DNA of 64,000 nt, taken from contig NW_027361684.1 of assembly GCF_039654945.1 (NCBI RefSeq), positions 20,336,001-20,400,000 of the forward strand. The letters run 5' to 3'. Positions 48,101-58,334 of this stretch are shown piece by piece. Every line of letters begins with the position of its first letter. Within the stretch, counting starts at the first letter, position 1. The notes beneath the pieces are model-generated. The model searched no databases and had not been told where the DNA came from. It saw only the letters and a program-made list of their open reading frames with translations. The stretch comes from Dendrobates tinctorius. Lineage: Eukaryota. A program made the translations under genes and the position numbers.

Positions 48101-51100
48101 TGGGGTGTGCGTTGGTATTTTCCAGACGCAGCATGTTGCATTTTTTGGCCCTGCAAAAAAGCGCATGCGCACATATGCGCACGTTTTGCGCTAAAAATGG
48201 CCATTATAGCCTATGGATGCGCATATGTGCGCACTGGCATGCTCATGTATGCGTTTTTTTGCATATGCGTTTTTTTTTTTTAACCATGGAATTTAGGGGT
48301 TTGGGTTAGAGTTAGGGTTAGTTAAGGGGGTTTAGGGTTAGGGTTATGGTCAGGGTTGGGGTTTGGGTCAGGGTTAGGGTTAAGTATGGTTTGGTTAAGA
48401 GTTAGGGTCAGGGTTAGGGTCAGGATTAGGGTTAAGTATGGTTTTGGTTAGGGTTAGGGTCAGGGTTAGGGTTAGGGTCAGGGTTAGGGTCAGGATTAGG
48501 GCTAAGTATGGTTTTGTTAAGGATTAGGGTCAGGGTTAGGGTCAGGATTAGGGTTAAGTATGGTTTTGTTAAGGGTTAGGGTCAGGGTTAGGGTCAGGGT
48601 TAGGGTCAGGGTTAGGGTTAAGTATGGTTTTGTTAAGGATTAGGGTCAGGGTTAGGGTCAGGATTAGGGTTAAGTATGGTTTTGTTAAGGGTTAGGGTCA
48701 GGGTTAGGGTCAGGATTAGGGTTAANNNNNNNNNNNNNNNNNNNNNNNNNNNNNNNNNNNNNNNNNNNNNNNNNNNNNNNNNNNNNNNNNNNNNNNNNNN
48801 NNNNNNNNNNNNNNNNNNNNNNNNNNNNNNNNNNNNNNNNNNNNNNNNNNNNNNNNNNNNNNNNNNNNNNNNNTTGGGTTAGGGTTAAGTATGATTTGGT
48901 TAAGGGTTAGGGTCAGGGTTAGGGTTAGGGTCAGGGTTAGGGTTAGTAAAGTCATGGTTTGGGTAGTGTGAGGGGCCACCTAAAAATGTTGGAAAAAAAC
49001 GCAAACGCGGTAAAAACGCACTAAAAACGCATACAAACGCATAAAAACGCTGCGTTTTTTTTCATGCATGCTCATAAAAATGCTTGAAAAAAACGCAGCA
49101 GTTGTATGCTTATGTATGCGTTTTTTCAATGCGTTTTTTTGCGGGAAAAACGCGCTGCAAAAAAAAGCAAGTGTGAAACTAGCCTAAGGGGCCCCACCCA
49201 CAAAATCGGGCCCTGAGGGGTCCCACCCACAAAATCGGACCCTGAGGCCAAAGTGGCCCCTGAGAGGCACCCACAGTTAAAACGGATCCTGAGTTGAAAG
49301 TCTTGCAGGGGCAGCAGGCAAGTCTCTCTTAAAGGGGCAGCCCGGGCACCATTTCAAACCACTATCTGTACTTCCTTCAGGAAATACACATCTAGTTCTT
49401 CTTATTATTATTCAGTTGATTTCCGCAATTAATGCGGCCCGAACCGCTATACGCACAGACTCCTTTTAGGTGTCGTTTCGAAGCCAGCGTCCATGAGTGG
49501 TGTGCTAAGTATTTTTCGTGTCAATCGGATTTGTAGTTTTTGCGCAATTTGCGTTTGAATTTTTTTTTCCCGTCATTGGAATGCATTGTCTCAATGCTTT
49601 TCAATGGGAAAATGTTGCCACAGTCAAAACATGCCCTGAGGCGATTGAAATGGCAGTTAAGCTCATTGATATGCGCAGGCAGACCAAGTTACTATGCCAA
49701 CGCCTACGAACGTCACATGACGCCCCCAGGACAGAGTTTCTGGCAGATAATATCAGCTCTTAAAGCGAAACCCACAGCACAAATGCAAATCTAGCTTCAT
49801 CACATGACGCATGTCCCTGAGAGAGAATGTGCGCCAAAGTGGATTTAGAAGCCCAGTGAGCAAAACTAGCTCTTAAAGGGCTGACGCGCCAAAGTGATTC
49901 TTAAAGGGCCGGCGCACCGAAATGAGTCTTAAAGGGCTGGCGCGCCAAATCGAAAGCTGAGTGACCCCAGGCTCCAAATCGGAGGCTGAGCCGCCCCGGC
50001 CTCCAAATCGGAGGCTGAGCCGCCCCGGCCTCCAAATCGGAGGCTGAGCCGCCCCGGCCTCCAAATCGGAGGCTGAGCCGCCCCGGCCTCCAAATCGGAC
50101 CCAGAGTGGCCCCGCCTGTTGTAGAAATTTATATGGGTAGATTTAACCCTGTGCGTACTGTGGCCTGCCCAAATTAGACAGAGTCTTATTGAGCGCTCAA
50201 CTGGAAGAAAAGAACTGTACACAGAGACAGCAATCGATTCTTTCAATGCTCTGTAGCTTTATTAAGCATACCTATATTTATGGATACATGTAGGAAAGGG
50301 AGGTTATCTGATTAACATAAAGGCTGAGCCTTCTAGTTTAATTGGTCAGTTTGAATACATGAACATATATGGAAGAGTTTACCAAAAAAGCTGATTCTAG
50401 CAATATAATTTACAGCCTATTGTTTTTACAGTGTCAGCATGTTCTGGTATCGGCTGGCACATCTAGCCTTACTTCCCCATTTCCTATGTCCGCTAGATAT
50501 TTCTCAAGTTGTTTGTCCCAACCGGTTTCATGGGGTCAGGTCAGCTGCAGCAACTAGTAAAAAAGTTCAAGACAGCTATGATTATATCTCTAAGCGAGCA
50601 TATATGAATATAGAGTGTATATATGGAGTATATATGGCGTATATAGCATGCAAGTGAGATCTATATGAAATATACATATATATTTCCATAACACTGCCCA
50701 CCAAATCGGACCCAGAGTGGCCCCGCCCACCAAATCGGACCCAGAGTGGCCCCGCCGGCCAAAGTGGCCCCTGAAAGGCACCCACAGTTAAAACGGATCC
50801 TGAGTTGAAAGTCTTGCAGGGGCAGCAGGCAAGTCTCTCTTAAAGGGGCAGCCAGGGCACCATTTCAAAGCACTATCTGTACTTCCTTCAGGAAATATAC
50901 ATCTAGTTTATACTTTGCAATGTTAAACACAGACTGTACACTGCCGCCATCCCACTGCTGTACATGTTTTTCATGGACCCCATTGACTTTGCCCTCGTCA
51001 TCTATGCTGCTAGAAAGTACACGGACATGTGAACAGCACCATAATAACCTATGGTGCTATTCACATGCCAGTGTACTTTCCAGCAGCATAGATGACGAGG

Positions 51101-54100
51101 GCCGCGTGTGGTATCTGTGGGTACGTGTGATAGCTGAAGAAAACTGGTACTACATGTACTGGAAACAGACGTGTGAAGGAGGCCTAAGACTGTGTAGGGA
51201 CACATCTGGTAACCCCCCTGTTGTCAGTTTATTAATAAAACAAGTCTAGGAGGAATAACCGAGGAATGTGCCAATGTAGAGCTCTAAGATCAGATGCTCC
51301 AAGATTGTTATTCTTTGGAAAATGCAAGAATTTACCAAACCAGTCTGAGCGGTGACGTGTCCTCTATAATGATGGGCACAGTTAGTAGTGTTTAAAAGGA
51401 ACCTGTCACCTGAAAAAATTGCTATTAAGTTGCAGATATGGAGTTAATCTGCAGGTTAATAGTGTTTCTAACCTGCCCGGCGCCCGCACTTAACTCTTTT
51501 TCCCTGTCAGTGTTCCGAATTTCAGTGATGGGGCCGTGCTTGTTCAGTCACTGCTCTGAGTATAGAGAGCGGCGGCTGTAACCGCGTCCCCGGCTCTGAC
51601 TGACAGCCGGCCCAATACAGAGGGCGTGTTAGTAACTGTGGTTACAGCCACCACCGTGTATTCTCAGCAGTGACTGAACGGGCGGCGCCCCTGCCCTGTA
51701 ACTGAAACTGGAACGCTGCTGGGGGGGAGTAAAGTTCAGTTTCTGCCCGGAACATTTGGATTTGTGCGGGCTCCAGGCAGGTTGATAGTGCTATTAAACT
51801 GTAGATTAACTTCATGTCTGCAGGTTAATAGCATTTTTTTTCTGGTGGCAGGTTCCTTTTAAGACCGCTTGCATTCATGAATTTTTAGGGCATGTGCACA
51901 CAGAGGTTTTTTTTGGGGAGTTTTGCTCAAAACACCTGAGAACCTTCCTATTTATTTCTCTTGTAAAACCACTTTGCTGTTCGTATTTTTAGTCTTTGGA
52001 GCGTTTTTCTTCAGCTTCGGTCTTTGGAAACACCTGAGGACTCGTCACTCCTTTTGAAGCATCTACTTGTGGAACCTGCTCCAGATTAAGCACTGTCCAA
52101 TCAAAAGGCTGCAAAAAACGCTCTAGGAAAACGCTTCAGGAGTCAAATAACCTACAAAAGCTCCACAAATAAGGAAGGATTTTTTTTTCATTATTTTCAC
52201 AACAAAACTCAATTTTTCACCATCTCATACAAAATCGCTCTATGGATCCGATTCATCAGGACCAGTGTTCATGCTGATCTTAATGAGGAGAGGGACTGGA
52301 ATCCGATGACCCTGATTCATTAAGAGGCGTATGCTGCTTAATGGATCAGGAGCATCTGACAAGTGGCGTGCACCTTGTTGTGCCACTCGCCATCAATCAT
52401 CATCCAGTCCGTGCTGGTGGAAGATTTGTGGAGTTTTGAACGCCGTCGCTCATGAATTTGCCAAGCGGCGGTTGCTACGCCCCCCCCCCCCGTCACCTCC
52501 AGCTCCACCCCCTTTGTCAGTCCTGGATGAGGATGGCATAAGAACCCCAAAAGTCGCTACATTTTAGCACAGCCTTGAGGTACGCCAAATTATTGCGACA
52601 TTTCAAAGCTTTTTATGCCGGCGGACTAGGTTAAAAGCTTTGATGAATCGTGCTGTGTGTGCAAACCTTCTACCAAAACACTTATGCGAAGTGCTAGAAT
52701 TCCATGTGTGACATGTCCAGCACTGTCAACACGTTTCTCTTGCCACTTGGTAAACATTGTGGTCAGAAAATGTATGTGGGACCCTGCTGGTTTTTACGAT
52801 TAGAAAATTACTTTACTATAAATGCCCTAATCTCTCAAAGTGCTGAAAAATCTACACCCCTGTAGGAATCGACCTGATATCCCCACCTCAGGGTAGCCTA
52901 AATGTGTCATTAGTATAGTTTTTATAGGAAAGTATTCTTGACATTTCACATTTCGTTTGATTCACTGATTCACACGGTAGGAACGGAGAAAGCTCAAATA
53001 GGGTCTTATCTGATAAACAGGGTACGAATAGTACTAAAATTCTACTCACCTGGTATAGGAGATGTATAGCGCATGGAATTATCAGTCAGCTGCCACACAT
53101 CACAGGTCACACCAGTGACCGCAGAAACATATGAGTTAATGGAACTTTTTTAGTGCATTTAATGTGCTGCTTAACATAACAGGTCACTGCTTTATTCATA
53201 TTCCCGACTAAGGGTACCGTTACACATAGCGATGCACCAGCGATCCCGACAATGATATGGATCGCTGTTGCATCGCTAAGTGGTCGCTAGTGAGCTGCCA
53301 CACAGGCAGATCTCACCAGCGACATAGCAGGGGTCGGGGGTCGCTACTTACCTGTCAGACGCGGCGATCCTGACGTCCGCCCGCCCGCGTCCACGCGTCG
53401 CTCGTCGGCGCCACAGGAAGCGCCCGACGAGAAATGATCCAGCAGCTTCTCGCGCGACCAACGATGAGCAGCGGGGGAGCCGGTCGGAGGTAAGTATCAC
53501 ATGCAGCGATATCGCTAGCAATATCGCTGCAACGTCACAAAATCGGTGACTTTACAGCGATATTGCTAGCGATATGGCAGTGTGTAACGGGGGCTTTAAG
53601 CAGCGACCTGTTGATGTACGAGTGATTTTTTTTGTCATGGTAAGCAGCGCATTAAATCTACTAAAAAAGTTCAATTAACTCATACATTTTGTTTGATAAA
53701 ATGACAAAGTGAGTGTTTCATTTTTGCCATGTTTTATGTTGTAATTATTTGCCGCGGTCTCCCCTTAGGGCTTCCGGCAGCCTCGACAGACTGAGCCGTC
53801 TCAGCGGTCCCATTTTCAGCAGAAAACGGTGTCGTTCAAACTGAAGGAGAATCGTCCAGTGCTCAAAGAGAAGAAAACTCCTTGGATACCCCCCAATCCA
53901 ACCTCTCCTTCGCCATCCCCCAAAAGGTTCAAAATGAAAATGCTTTATGAACATGCAGCTAACGATAGACATGAGTGTAACGGGCCAATAGGCGAGCAAC
54001 ACCACTAAAAGAAAAAGTACAAAATATTTTATACGAGCTTTGCTCTAAATACTGAGGTATTCTGACTGCTGCCTGGAGAAAAAGCCAACTCAAGACAGCA

Positions 54101-55525
54101 ACATTTGTCAGAAATGGATCGTAGCCACAGAAAGACATGATGGATAAGAGGATGATTGGTGGGAACTGGCCGTCGTGGTCGACATTTATGCCACATCATT
54201 GGCCTCTTTACAGATGGTTTCCACAGATAAGTCATTGGTGTCAAAGATTGAACCAGGCATAAATTCTAGCCAAATCTGCCCTTAGATTTTATAGAAATGT
54301 TAAACCCTTCCTTACGGAGCTATTTTTTGGGGTTTTTCCTTTGTTTGTTTTCCTCCTTCCCTTTTTGCAAGAGCCATAACTTTTTATTTTTTTGTTCGCA
54401 TAGCCGTACGAGGGCTCGATTTTAGCAGGCGAGTTGTACTTTTGAATGACTCCATTCATTTTATCATGTGATGCACTGAAACTCGGGGATAAAAATTGCG
54501 TTGAAATTACAAAAAAAAAAAAGTGCAATTTCACAATTGCTTTTGGGTTGTTTTCTTTACCATGTTGACTATATGGTGAAACTGACCTGGCAATATGAGT
54601 GCACAGATGCCACTCTTATAGTTTTGTTTTGTTTTTGTGAGGGGAAAAAAAAAATTCTGAAATTTGTGTAAAAAACAAAAAAAATTTGACCTTTTTTTTT
54701 CTGAAACCCATAACGTTTTCGGGATGTAGGACTTGGTGAAGGCTTATCTTTTGCCCCTTGAGCTGACATTTTTACTGATTCCATTTTGGAGTAGACATAA
54801 TGTTGTTATTACAATTCCTGACATATGACGTAACTGTATGTCCTATGTCGGGATGGGATTCAAGGGAGAACCGGTCACTAAATTCTAGACACACTGGCAT
54901 TTCAGAGAAAAGATAGTTTGAAATAGCCGGCTGGTGACTATAGAAAGAGATCTGAGCTGACTAATCCACCTTTGTTCCCAGCCAGGTTCTCCTTGCACCA
55001 CTTCAGTGTGATGGACCAGCCTCTGGCTATACACGCACGTGAGCGGGACCTGTAATCAGCCCTAGCAGGTGGCAGAAGCCAGCCTGGGATGTCATTGGAC
55101 TAGTCAAGTATGTCCATATAGTCCCTGAAAGGCTTTTCAAGCTTTGTATCCTCTGTAGCACCGCAGCTTTTCAGAAAGCACGTACCTTGCTCGGCTCAGA
55201 TTCATGCAGCCAGTTGTTCGAGCAGCAGGAATCTAGTGACAGGTTCCCTTTAATTTGCTCATTTCTTTGTTTTCTAAAAGTAGCTGCTCCTTTACAGTTA
55301 TTTGGACAACATTTTGTGCTTTACTCTATTTTCCATGTCTAAAGCTAAGTAACCTATATAGAGACTTGTTTTAGGTTAGACCTTAATTGTGTCCCATTCT
55401 CAATACAGGGTAAGCTGGAACACCGAAACCAAAAGTTTTATTGTTTCTCCATCTAAAAAATTGGATCAGAACAATTCTTCACTTACAATAGAAGCTGAAA
55501 AAGACAAAGAAAACGAGATTTCCAG
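25177..55525 (+). CDS. KIAA0753: KIAA0753 / Moonraker (OFIP) centrosomal-ciliary protein, 5' part; exons 25177-25200, 27960-28527, 28764-28870, 30454-30516, 31077-31298, 31440-31647, 44613-44809, 53769-53926, 55409-55525; continues beyond window
   Basis: Phase-consistent GT-AG chain (1664 nt) with recognisable Moonraker motifs: QLRFN...SNLA...[91 protein letters not shown]. Gene order with TXNDC17 and MED31 agrees. Confidence 0.93.
25468..26263. repeat. 24-bp CpG-rich minisatellite in KIAA0753 intron 1
   Basis: Unit cactgg(g/c)ggcacgctgaccc(ga/at)cg, ~33 copies. Confidence 0.95.
26665..26851. mobile_element. Short palindromic MITE
   Basis: gttcagtatttggtcagtatttta...taaaatactgaccaaatactgaac; partial related copy at ~14056-14168. 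Confidence 0.7.
27960..28527 (+). CDS. KIAA0753: KIAA0753 exon 2
   Basis: tttccacag| [14 protein letters not shown]...KIEELAQK |gtcagc; overlaps ORF 27972-28550. Confidence 0.93.
28764..28870 (+). CDS. KIAA0753: KIAA0753 exon 3
   Basis: ctcttccag| [36 protein letters not shown] |gtaatg. Confidence 0.93.
30454..30516 (+). CDS. KIAA0753: KIAA0753 exon 4
   Basis: cttaatag| [21 protein letters not shown] |gtacgg. Confidence 0.9.
31077..31298 (+). CDS. KIAA0753: KIAA0753 exon 5
   Basis: cctatcag| [21 protein letters not shown]...ILQRVE |gtaact. Confidence 0.93.
31440..31647 (+). CDS. KIAA0753: KIAA0753 exon 6
   Basis: ttcactcag| [11 protein letters not shown]...VSRRLVV |gtaagt. Confidence 0.88.
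31756..32148. mobile_element. Harbinger-type MITE (TTA TSD)
   Basis: ggctggtttcacacttgcg / cgcaagtgtgaaagtagcc. Confidence 0.88.
33258..33626. mobile_element. Harbinger-type MITE (TTA TSD)
   Basis: aggtaccgtcacacttagcga / tcgcttagtgtaacggggcct; close relative of 53212-53596. Confidence 0.85.
34712..36267 (+). pseudogene. DIRS gag (ORF1) remnant
   Basis: CTKC...PLCLDC zinc-knuckle-like start, [37 protein letters not shown]; frameshifts and stops. Confidence 0.85.
36268..38188 (+). pseudogene. DIRS RT-RNase H-methyltransferase ORF remnant
   Basis: [27 protein letters not shown] (catalytic YLDD mutated), [24 protein letters not shown]-like DALVIPW / PYWPRRAWF. Confidence 0.9.
38611..41727 (-). 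CDS. L2 LINE APE endonuclease - reverse transcriptase, uninterrupted 1038 codons (first ATG at 41685)
   Basis: EN motifs WNARS, LAITETW, VYRPP, GDFN, LDLVF, SDH; RT motifs [28 protein letters not shown]; L2-type C-terminus [25 protein letters not shown]. Confidence 0.95.
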   Translation of the reverse strand: MHSLHIHPSLFPSSMFNSEALLTFLTHTKPSKTSMQHSKRSYKSSHHLLFLFFLLLIVAGDISPNPGPPSTSIHYSSPAAYRNPANLINIQCMPSPLTFQCALWNARSVCNKLTYIHDLFLSNSLNLLAITETWIQHSDTTAAAALSFGGLIFSHTPRPENRQGGGVGLLLSSQCAFQVIPPVPSLTFPSFEVHAVRLFKPFSLRVAVVYRPPGSSRQFLDHFTTWLTHFLSCDIPTLIMGDFNIPINDPLSQSASHLLSLTSSFGLSQFTNSPTHEDGNTLDLVFSRPGSLHNFTNSPLPLSDHNLLSFSVKNCLLTRDTPTYHTYRNTRTINTQQLRDNLHTSLAPISTLSCPDIALSHFNNTLKNALDEAAPSIRRKTQHRQKQPWHTTQTRSLQRCSRCAERQWRKSLLAEDFIHYKFMLKTYNSALHLAKQSYFTTLITSLSNNPRRLFETLNSLLKPKVQAPITNLSGEDLATYFLEKINHIHQDISALSPQCLDPLPCRTSSSLDIFEPVSEEEVSKLLASARPTTCNSDPIPSQLLQSLSPVVTTHLTKIFNLSLSSGIFPSSFKHAIITPLLKKPSLDQNCTANYRPVSNLPFISKLLERLVHSRLIRYLSDNSLLDPLQSGFRSLHSTETALTKVSNDLITAKSKGHCSLLILLDLSAAFDTVDHQLLLTMLRSIGLKDTALSWFSSYLSDRSFTVSFSGSSSSSRPLTIGVPQGSVLGPLLFSLYTAPIGQTISRFGFQYHLYADDTQLYTSSPDITPTLIQNTKDCLSAVSSIMSSLYLKLNLSKTELLVFLPSTNLTLPNIEITLEGSTITPKQHARCLGVIFDTELSFTPYIRSLSRSCHLHLKNISRIRPFLTFETAKTLTVALIHSRLDYCNSLLIGLPLTKLSPLQSILNAAARVIFLSSRFTDASILCQSLHWLPIRYRVQYKLISLTHKAVHCSAPPYISSLISVYRPTRALRSTNDLRLTSPVIRTSHLRLQDFSRAAPALWNALPQTIRLIPSPDLFKRALKTHLFKEAYHINYSAS
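42185..43121. repeat. 74-bp tandem array (11 apparently identical units with four 24-bp spacers) in the L2 5' leader
   Basis: Unit atggaatgaaataccataaaaatatctggcactatatgatgcagttcacacttgtcagacagcacacatggatg. Confidence 0.93.
43229..44200 (+). pseudogene. DIRS tyrosine recombinase remnant (its N-terminus lies at ~38180-38225, before the L2)
   Basis: [65 protein letters not shown]. Confidence 0.88.
44613..44809 (+). CDS. KIAA0753: KIAA0753 exon 7
   Basis: cctttatacag| [14 protein letters not shown]...GVLIPQRPK |gtacaa; phase 1 in and phase 0 out fit both neighbours. Confidence 0.8.
46410..47956. repeat. 29-bp minisatellite inside Helentron-like copy 1
   Basis: Unit aaaattgaaccctgaggggccccgcctac with variant blocks; ~50 copies; resumes after 49184. 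Confidence 0.95.
48292..48946 (+). repeat. Interstitial telomere-like array (TTAGGG/TCAGGG with TTAAGTATGGTTTTG spacers)
   Basis: Direct reading; contains the assembly gap. Confidence 0.92.
48726..48873. other. Assembly gap (148 N)
   Basis: Run of N. Confidence 1.
49398..50908 (+). mobile_element. Second head-to-tail copy of the Helentron-like element, lacking the 5' subTIR
   Basis: Repeats 45810-46400 (gttgatttccgcaattaatgcggcccgaaccgcta...) and has the same 3' end (50760-50908). Confidence 0.75.
50117..50693 (-). mobile_element. Solo LTR (577 bp)
   Basis: TG...CA with inverted ends tgttgtagaaat / atttccataaca; 5-bp TSD ccgcc/ctgcc; AATAAAGCT on minus strand at 50258-50263. Confidence 0.78.
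51396..51858. mobile_element. T2/Kolobok-type palindromic MITE (TTAA TSD)
   Basis: ttaa|aaggaacctgtcacc ... ggtggcaggttcctt|ttaa. Confidence 0.85.
53212..53596. mobile_element. Harbinger-type MITE (TAA TSD)
   Basis: Near copy of 33258-33626. Confidence 0.85.
53769..53926 (+). CDS. KIAA0753: KIAA0753 exon 8
   Basis: ctccccttag| GFRQPRQ...[18 protein letters not shown]; donor AG|gttcaa is weak so the 3' boundary is less certain. Confidence 0.85.
55409..55525 (+). CDS. KIAA0753: KIAA0753 exon 9
   Basis: caatacag| (R)[14 protein letters not shown]...EKDKENEIS |gtaaca; phase 2 at both ends. Confidence 0.8.
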
Positions 55526-56423
55526 GTAACAACAAAATATAGATCATATATTCTACTACGAATTATTTGTATTGTTAAAGGGTTTTCTGGTGGCAAACTT
55601 TGCTCTACTCAGTGTCCCTGGGCCCAAATCTGAGTCTCTACCCCTGGTTCTGGTGTCAGTTTTGTAGAGTACTGATATCACGATGACAACGCTGCAGCCA
55701 GTCGAAGAGTGCTGCAGCCAATTAGTGAGCTTTGCAGCTCTTGCAGTTGATTGAGGCAAAGTCCCATAGCTCAGCTATCGGCTACAGCGCTGTCAACGTT
55801 GAGTCAGTACTGCAGACCTTAGCAGACACCGAGAGCAGTGGTGAAAGGTGAGTAAAGAAGGTTTTGTTTTATAATCCAATTATACCTAGAGATGGGATTT
55901 CTGAAACCGGATAAACCTTATTGTGCTCTTTATATTGGAACTGTGACCAGGTCTTAGGCTATATTCACAAAACAGCAAAACGAAAAAAATATTTTTTGTG
56001 ATAATAGTTTTACCCCTTCATGACCCTGTAATTTTTTTTGCCTTTTTTTTGTTTTTTGCACTTTTGTTTTTTCCTCCCCTTGTTCCAAGAGCCATAACTT
56101 TTTATTTCCCTGTCCACATAGCTGTATGAGGGATTGCTTTTTGAAAAAAAAAAAAATGACAAGTCCACAATTGTTTTTTGTGCCTACCTGGGAATATGAT
56201 TCGCCAGATCAGTATGAGTACACAAATACCATACATGTATACTTTTTTTTTTATTATTTATGCGGTAAAAAAAAAAAAACTTGGAAATTTGTAAGAAAAA
56301 AGAATTCCACTTGTTTTGCCATATTCACAGACCCGTCTGTTTCATTTTTCAGGATCTGGGGATGGGTGAGGGCTTCATTTTTGAATCCTTAGCTGATGTT
56401 TTAATTGATGCCATTTTAAGGTA

Positions 56424-57007
56424 CCGTATTTTTTGGATTATAAGACGCACTTTTTTCCCTCAAAATTTTGTGGGAAAATGGGGGTGCGTCTTATAATGCA
56501 AATATACCTTACCGGCCGCGGTGGAGCAGGGTCACTGCTGGAGGAGGCAAGAGTGGCACATTGCTGCAGGCCACAGGCTGGGATGGGGGAGGGTTTGGAT
56601 ATGCGACACTGCGGGTGTTCGGTGGTGCGATCTCAGCGCCAACATCCCCATCTGCGAATGGGCCGCCACCGACAGCCATTTTACTGGAGTCCACTGCATA
56701 GTAAATCATAGAAGTGCGGGGGCGCCAGGCTTTCACAAAACGTCGGTGGAGCCCATGCACCACCGAACACCCGCAGTGTCGCACATCCGAACACACCTTT
56801 TCCCAGTCTGGGGTCCGCAGCATCACCCCACTCCTGCCCCGGCAGTGACCCTGGGACCCCGCTTCACCGCAGCCACCACCCCCGGTAACAGAAAGACGCA
56901 TGGATTGTAAGGAGTACCACCATTTTATTAAAAAAAAAAAAAACAAGATTTTTCCCCTATTTTTATTGTCAAAATTTGGGGTGCTTATTATAAATCGCAA
57001 AATACGG
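56424..57007. mobile_element. Tc2-like non-autonomous element
   Basis: TA|ccgtattttttggattataagacgcac ... gcaaaatacgg. Confidence 0.75.
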
Positions 57008-57108
57008 TTAATAAAAAAATGTTTTGATCGCTTGTTAATGCATTTTATTGCAATGTTGATTTTTTTTTTTCTCGTTATGCTGTTTACTGATCAGATTTTA
57101 TTTTAATA

Positions 57109-58334
57109 CTAGCTGAAGAGCCCGGCGCTGCCCGGGCATAGTAACTAACTGTGGTTAGTTATAGCAAATTATAATTATCCTCCATCCCATAGTCCCGTGC
57201 CCATATACCCATCATACATATCCACGATCCTATAGGCCCGTGCCCATATACCCATCACACATCCTCCATCCCATAGTCCCATGCCCATATACCCATCATA
57301 CATATTCTCCATCCCATAGTCCCATGCCCATATACCCATCATACATATTCGCCATCCCATAGTCGAGTGCCCATATACCCATCACACATCCTTCATCTCA
57401 TAGTCCCATGCCCATATACCCATCATACATATCCTCCATCCCATAGTCCCGTGCCCATATACCCATCATACATATCTGCCATCTCATAGTCCCGTGCCCA
57501 TATACCCGTCATACATATCTTCCATCCCATAATCCAGTGCCCTTATACCCATCATACATATTCGCCATCCCATAGTCCCATGCCATTATACCCATCATAC
57601 ATATTCGCCATCCCATAGTCGAGTGCCCTTATACCCATCACACATCCTTCATCTCATAGTCACATGCCCATATACCCATCATACATATCCGCCATCTCAT
57701 AGTCCCGTGCCCATATACCCGTTATACATATCCTCCATCCCATAGTCCAGTGCCCATATACCCATCACACATCCTCCATCCCATAGTCCCGTGCCCATAT
57801 ACATAACCGCCATCCCATAGTCCCGTGCCCATATACCCGTCAAACATATCCTCCATCCCATAGTCAAGTGCCCATATACCCATCACACATCCTCCATCCC
57901 ATAGTCCTGTGCCCATATACCCATCACACATCCTCCATTCCACAGTCAACCATATCATAATGAGCGGCGGTGGGGCTTGCAACCTATGATGACATCAGCG
58001 TCACCATGGCAACCATTGTGACATAATGAGGGCGGGGCTTGATACGCACACACTGTTTCCCCAGTATGCAAATAGGGGCATTATGACATCACAATGAGGG
58101 GTGGAGCTTGACGCGCACACACTTTTTACCACAGTATGTAGATAGGGGCAAAATTGTTTGTTGAATTGGAACGCGCGGGGTTAAAATTTCGCCTCACAAC
58201 ATAGCTTAGGACGCTCTCGGGGTCCAGACGTGTGACTGTGCCAAATTTTGTGGCTGTAGCTGCGACGGTGCGGATGCCTATCCGGAACATACACACACAC
58301 ACATACATACACACTTTGAGCTTCATATATTAGA
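57109..58334 (-). mobile_element. Non-autonomous Helitron with internal 41-43-bp minisatellite (57175-57945)
   Basis: Minus strand: A|TCTAATATATGAAG...(GTAT/GT)n... 3' GC hairpin GCCCGGGCAGCGCCGGGC then CTAG|T; inserted between A and T with no TSD. Confidence 0.9.

Larger units (their letters stand above)
47960..49184. mobile_element. Harbinger-type MITE (TAA TSD) carrying telomere-like repeats
   Basis: TAA|ggctggtttcacatttgc ... gcaagtgtgaaactagcc|TAA; interrupts a ggaccc-taa-ggggcccc minisatellite unit. Confidence 0.85.
45750..49397 (+). mobile_element. Non-autonomous Helentron/DINE-like (HINE-type) rolling-circle element, copy 1
   Basis: Sub-terminal IR atagtggtttgaaa (45754-67) / tttcaaaccactat (49352-65), 5' hairpin, (TTC/TTA)n microsatellite, central tandem repeats, 3' hairpin tgtacttcct-tc-aggaaataca then CTAG-TT; inserted in a T-run without TSD. 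Confidence 0.75.
45616..51184. mobile_element. Harbinger-type MITE split by a 5.1-kb nested insertion
   Basis: Arms gcctccttcacatgtctgt (45617) / acagacgtgtgaaggaggcc (51184), TAA flanks; empty site reconstructs as caaagtttatactttg. Confidence 0.7.

Noticed and set aside
48292-48946. True telomere or chromosome-fusion scar
   Set aside because: Single orientation on both sides of the gap, degenerate, bounded by MITE arms, and the host gene continues across it.
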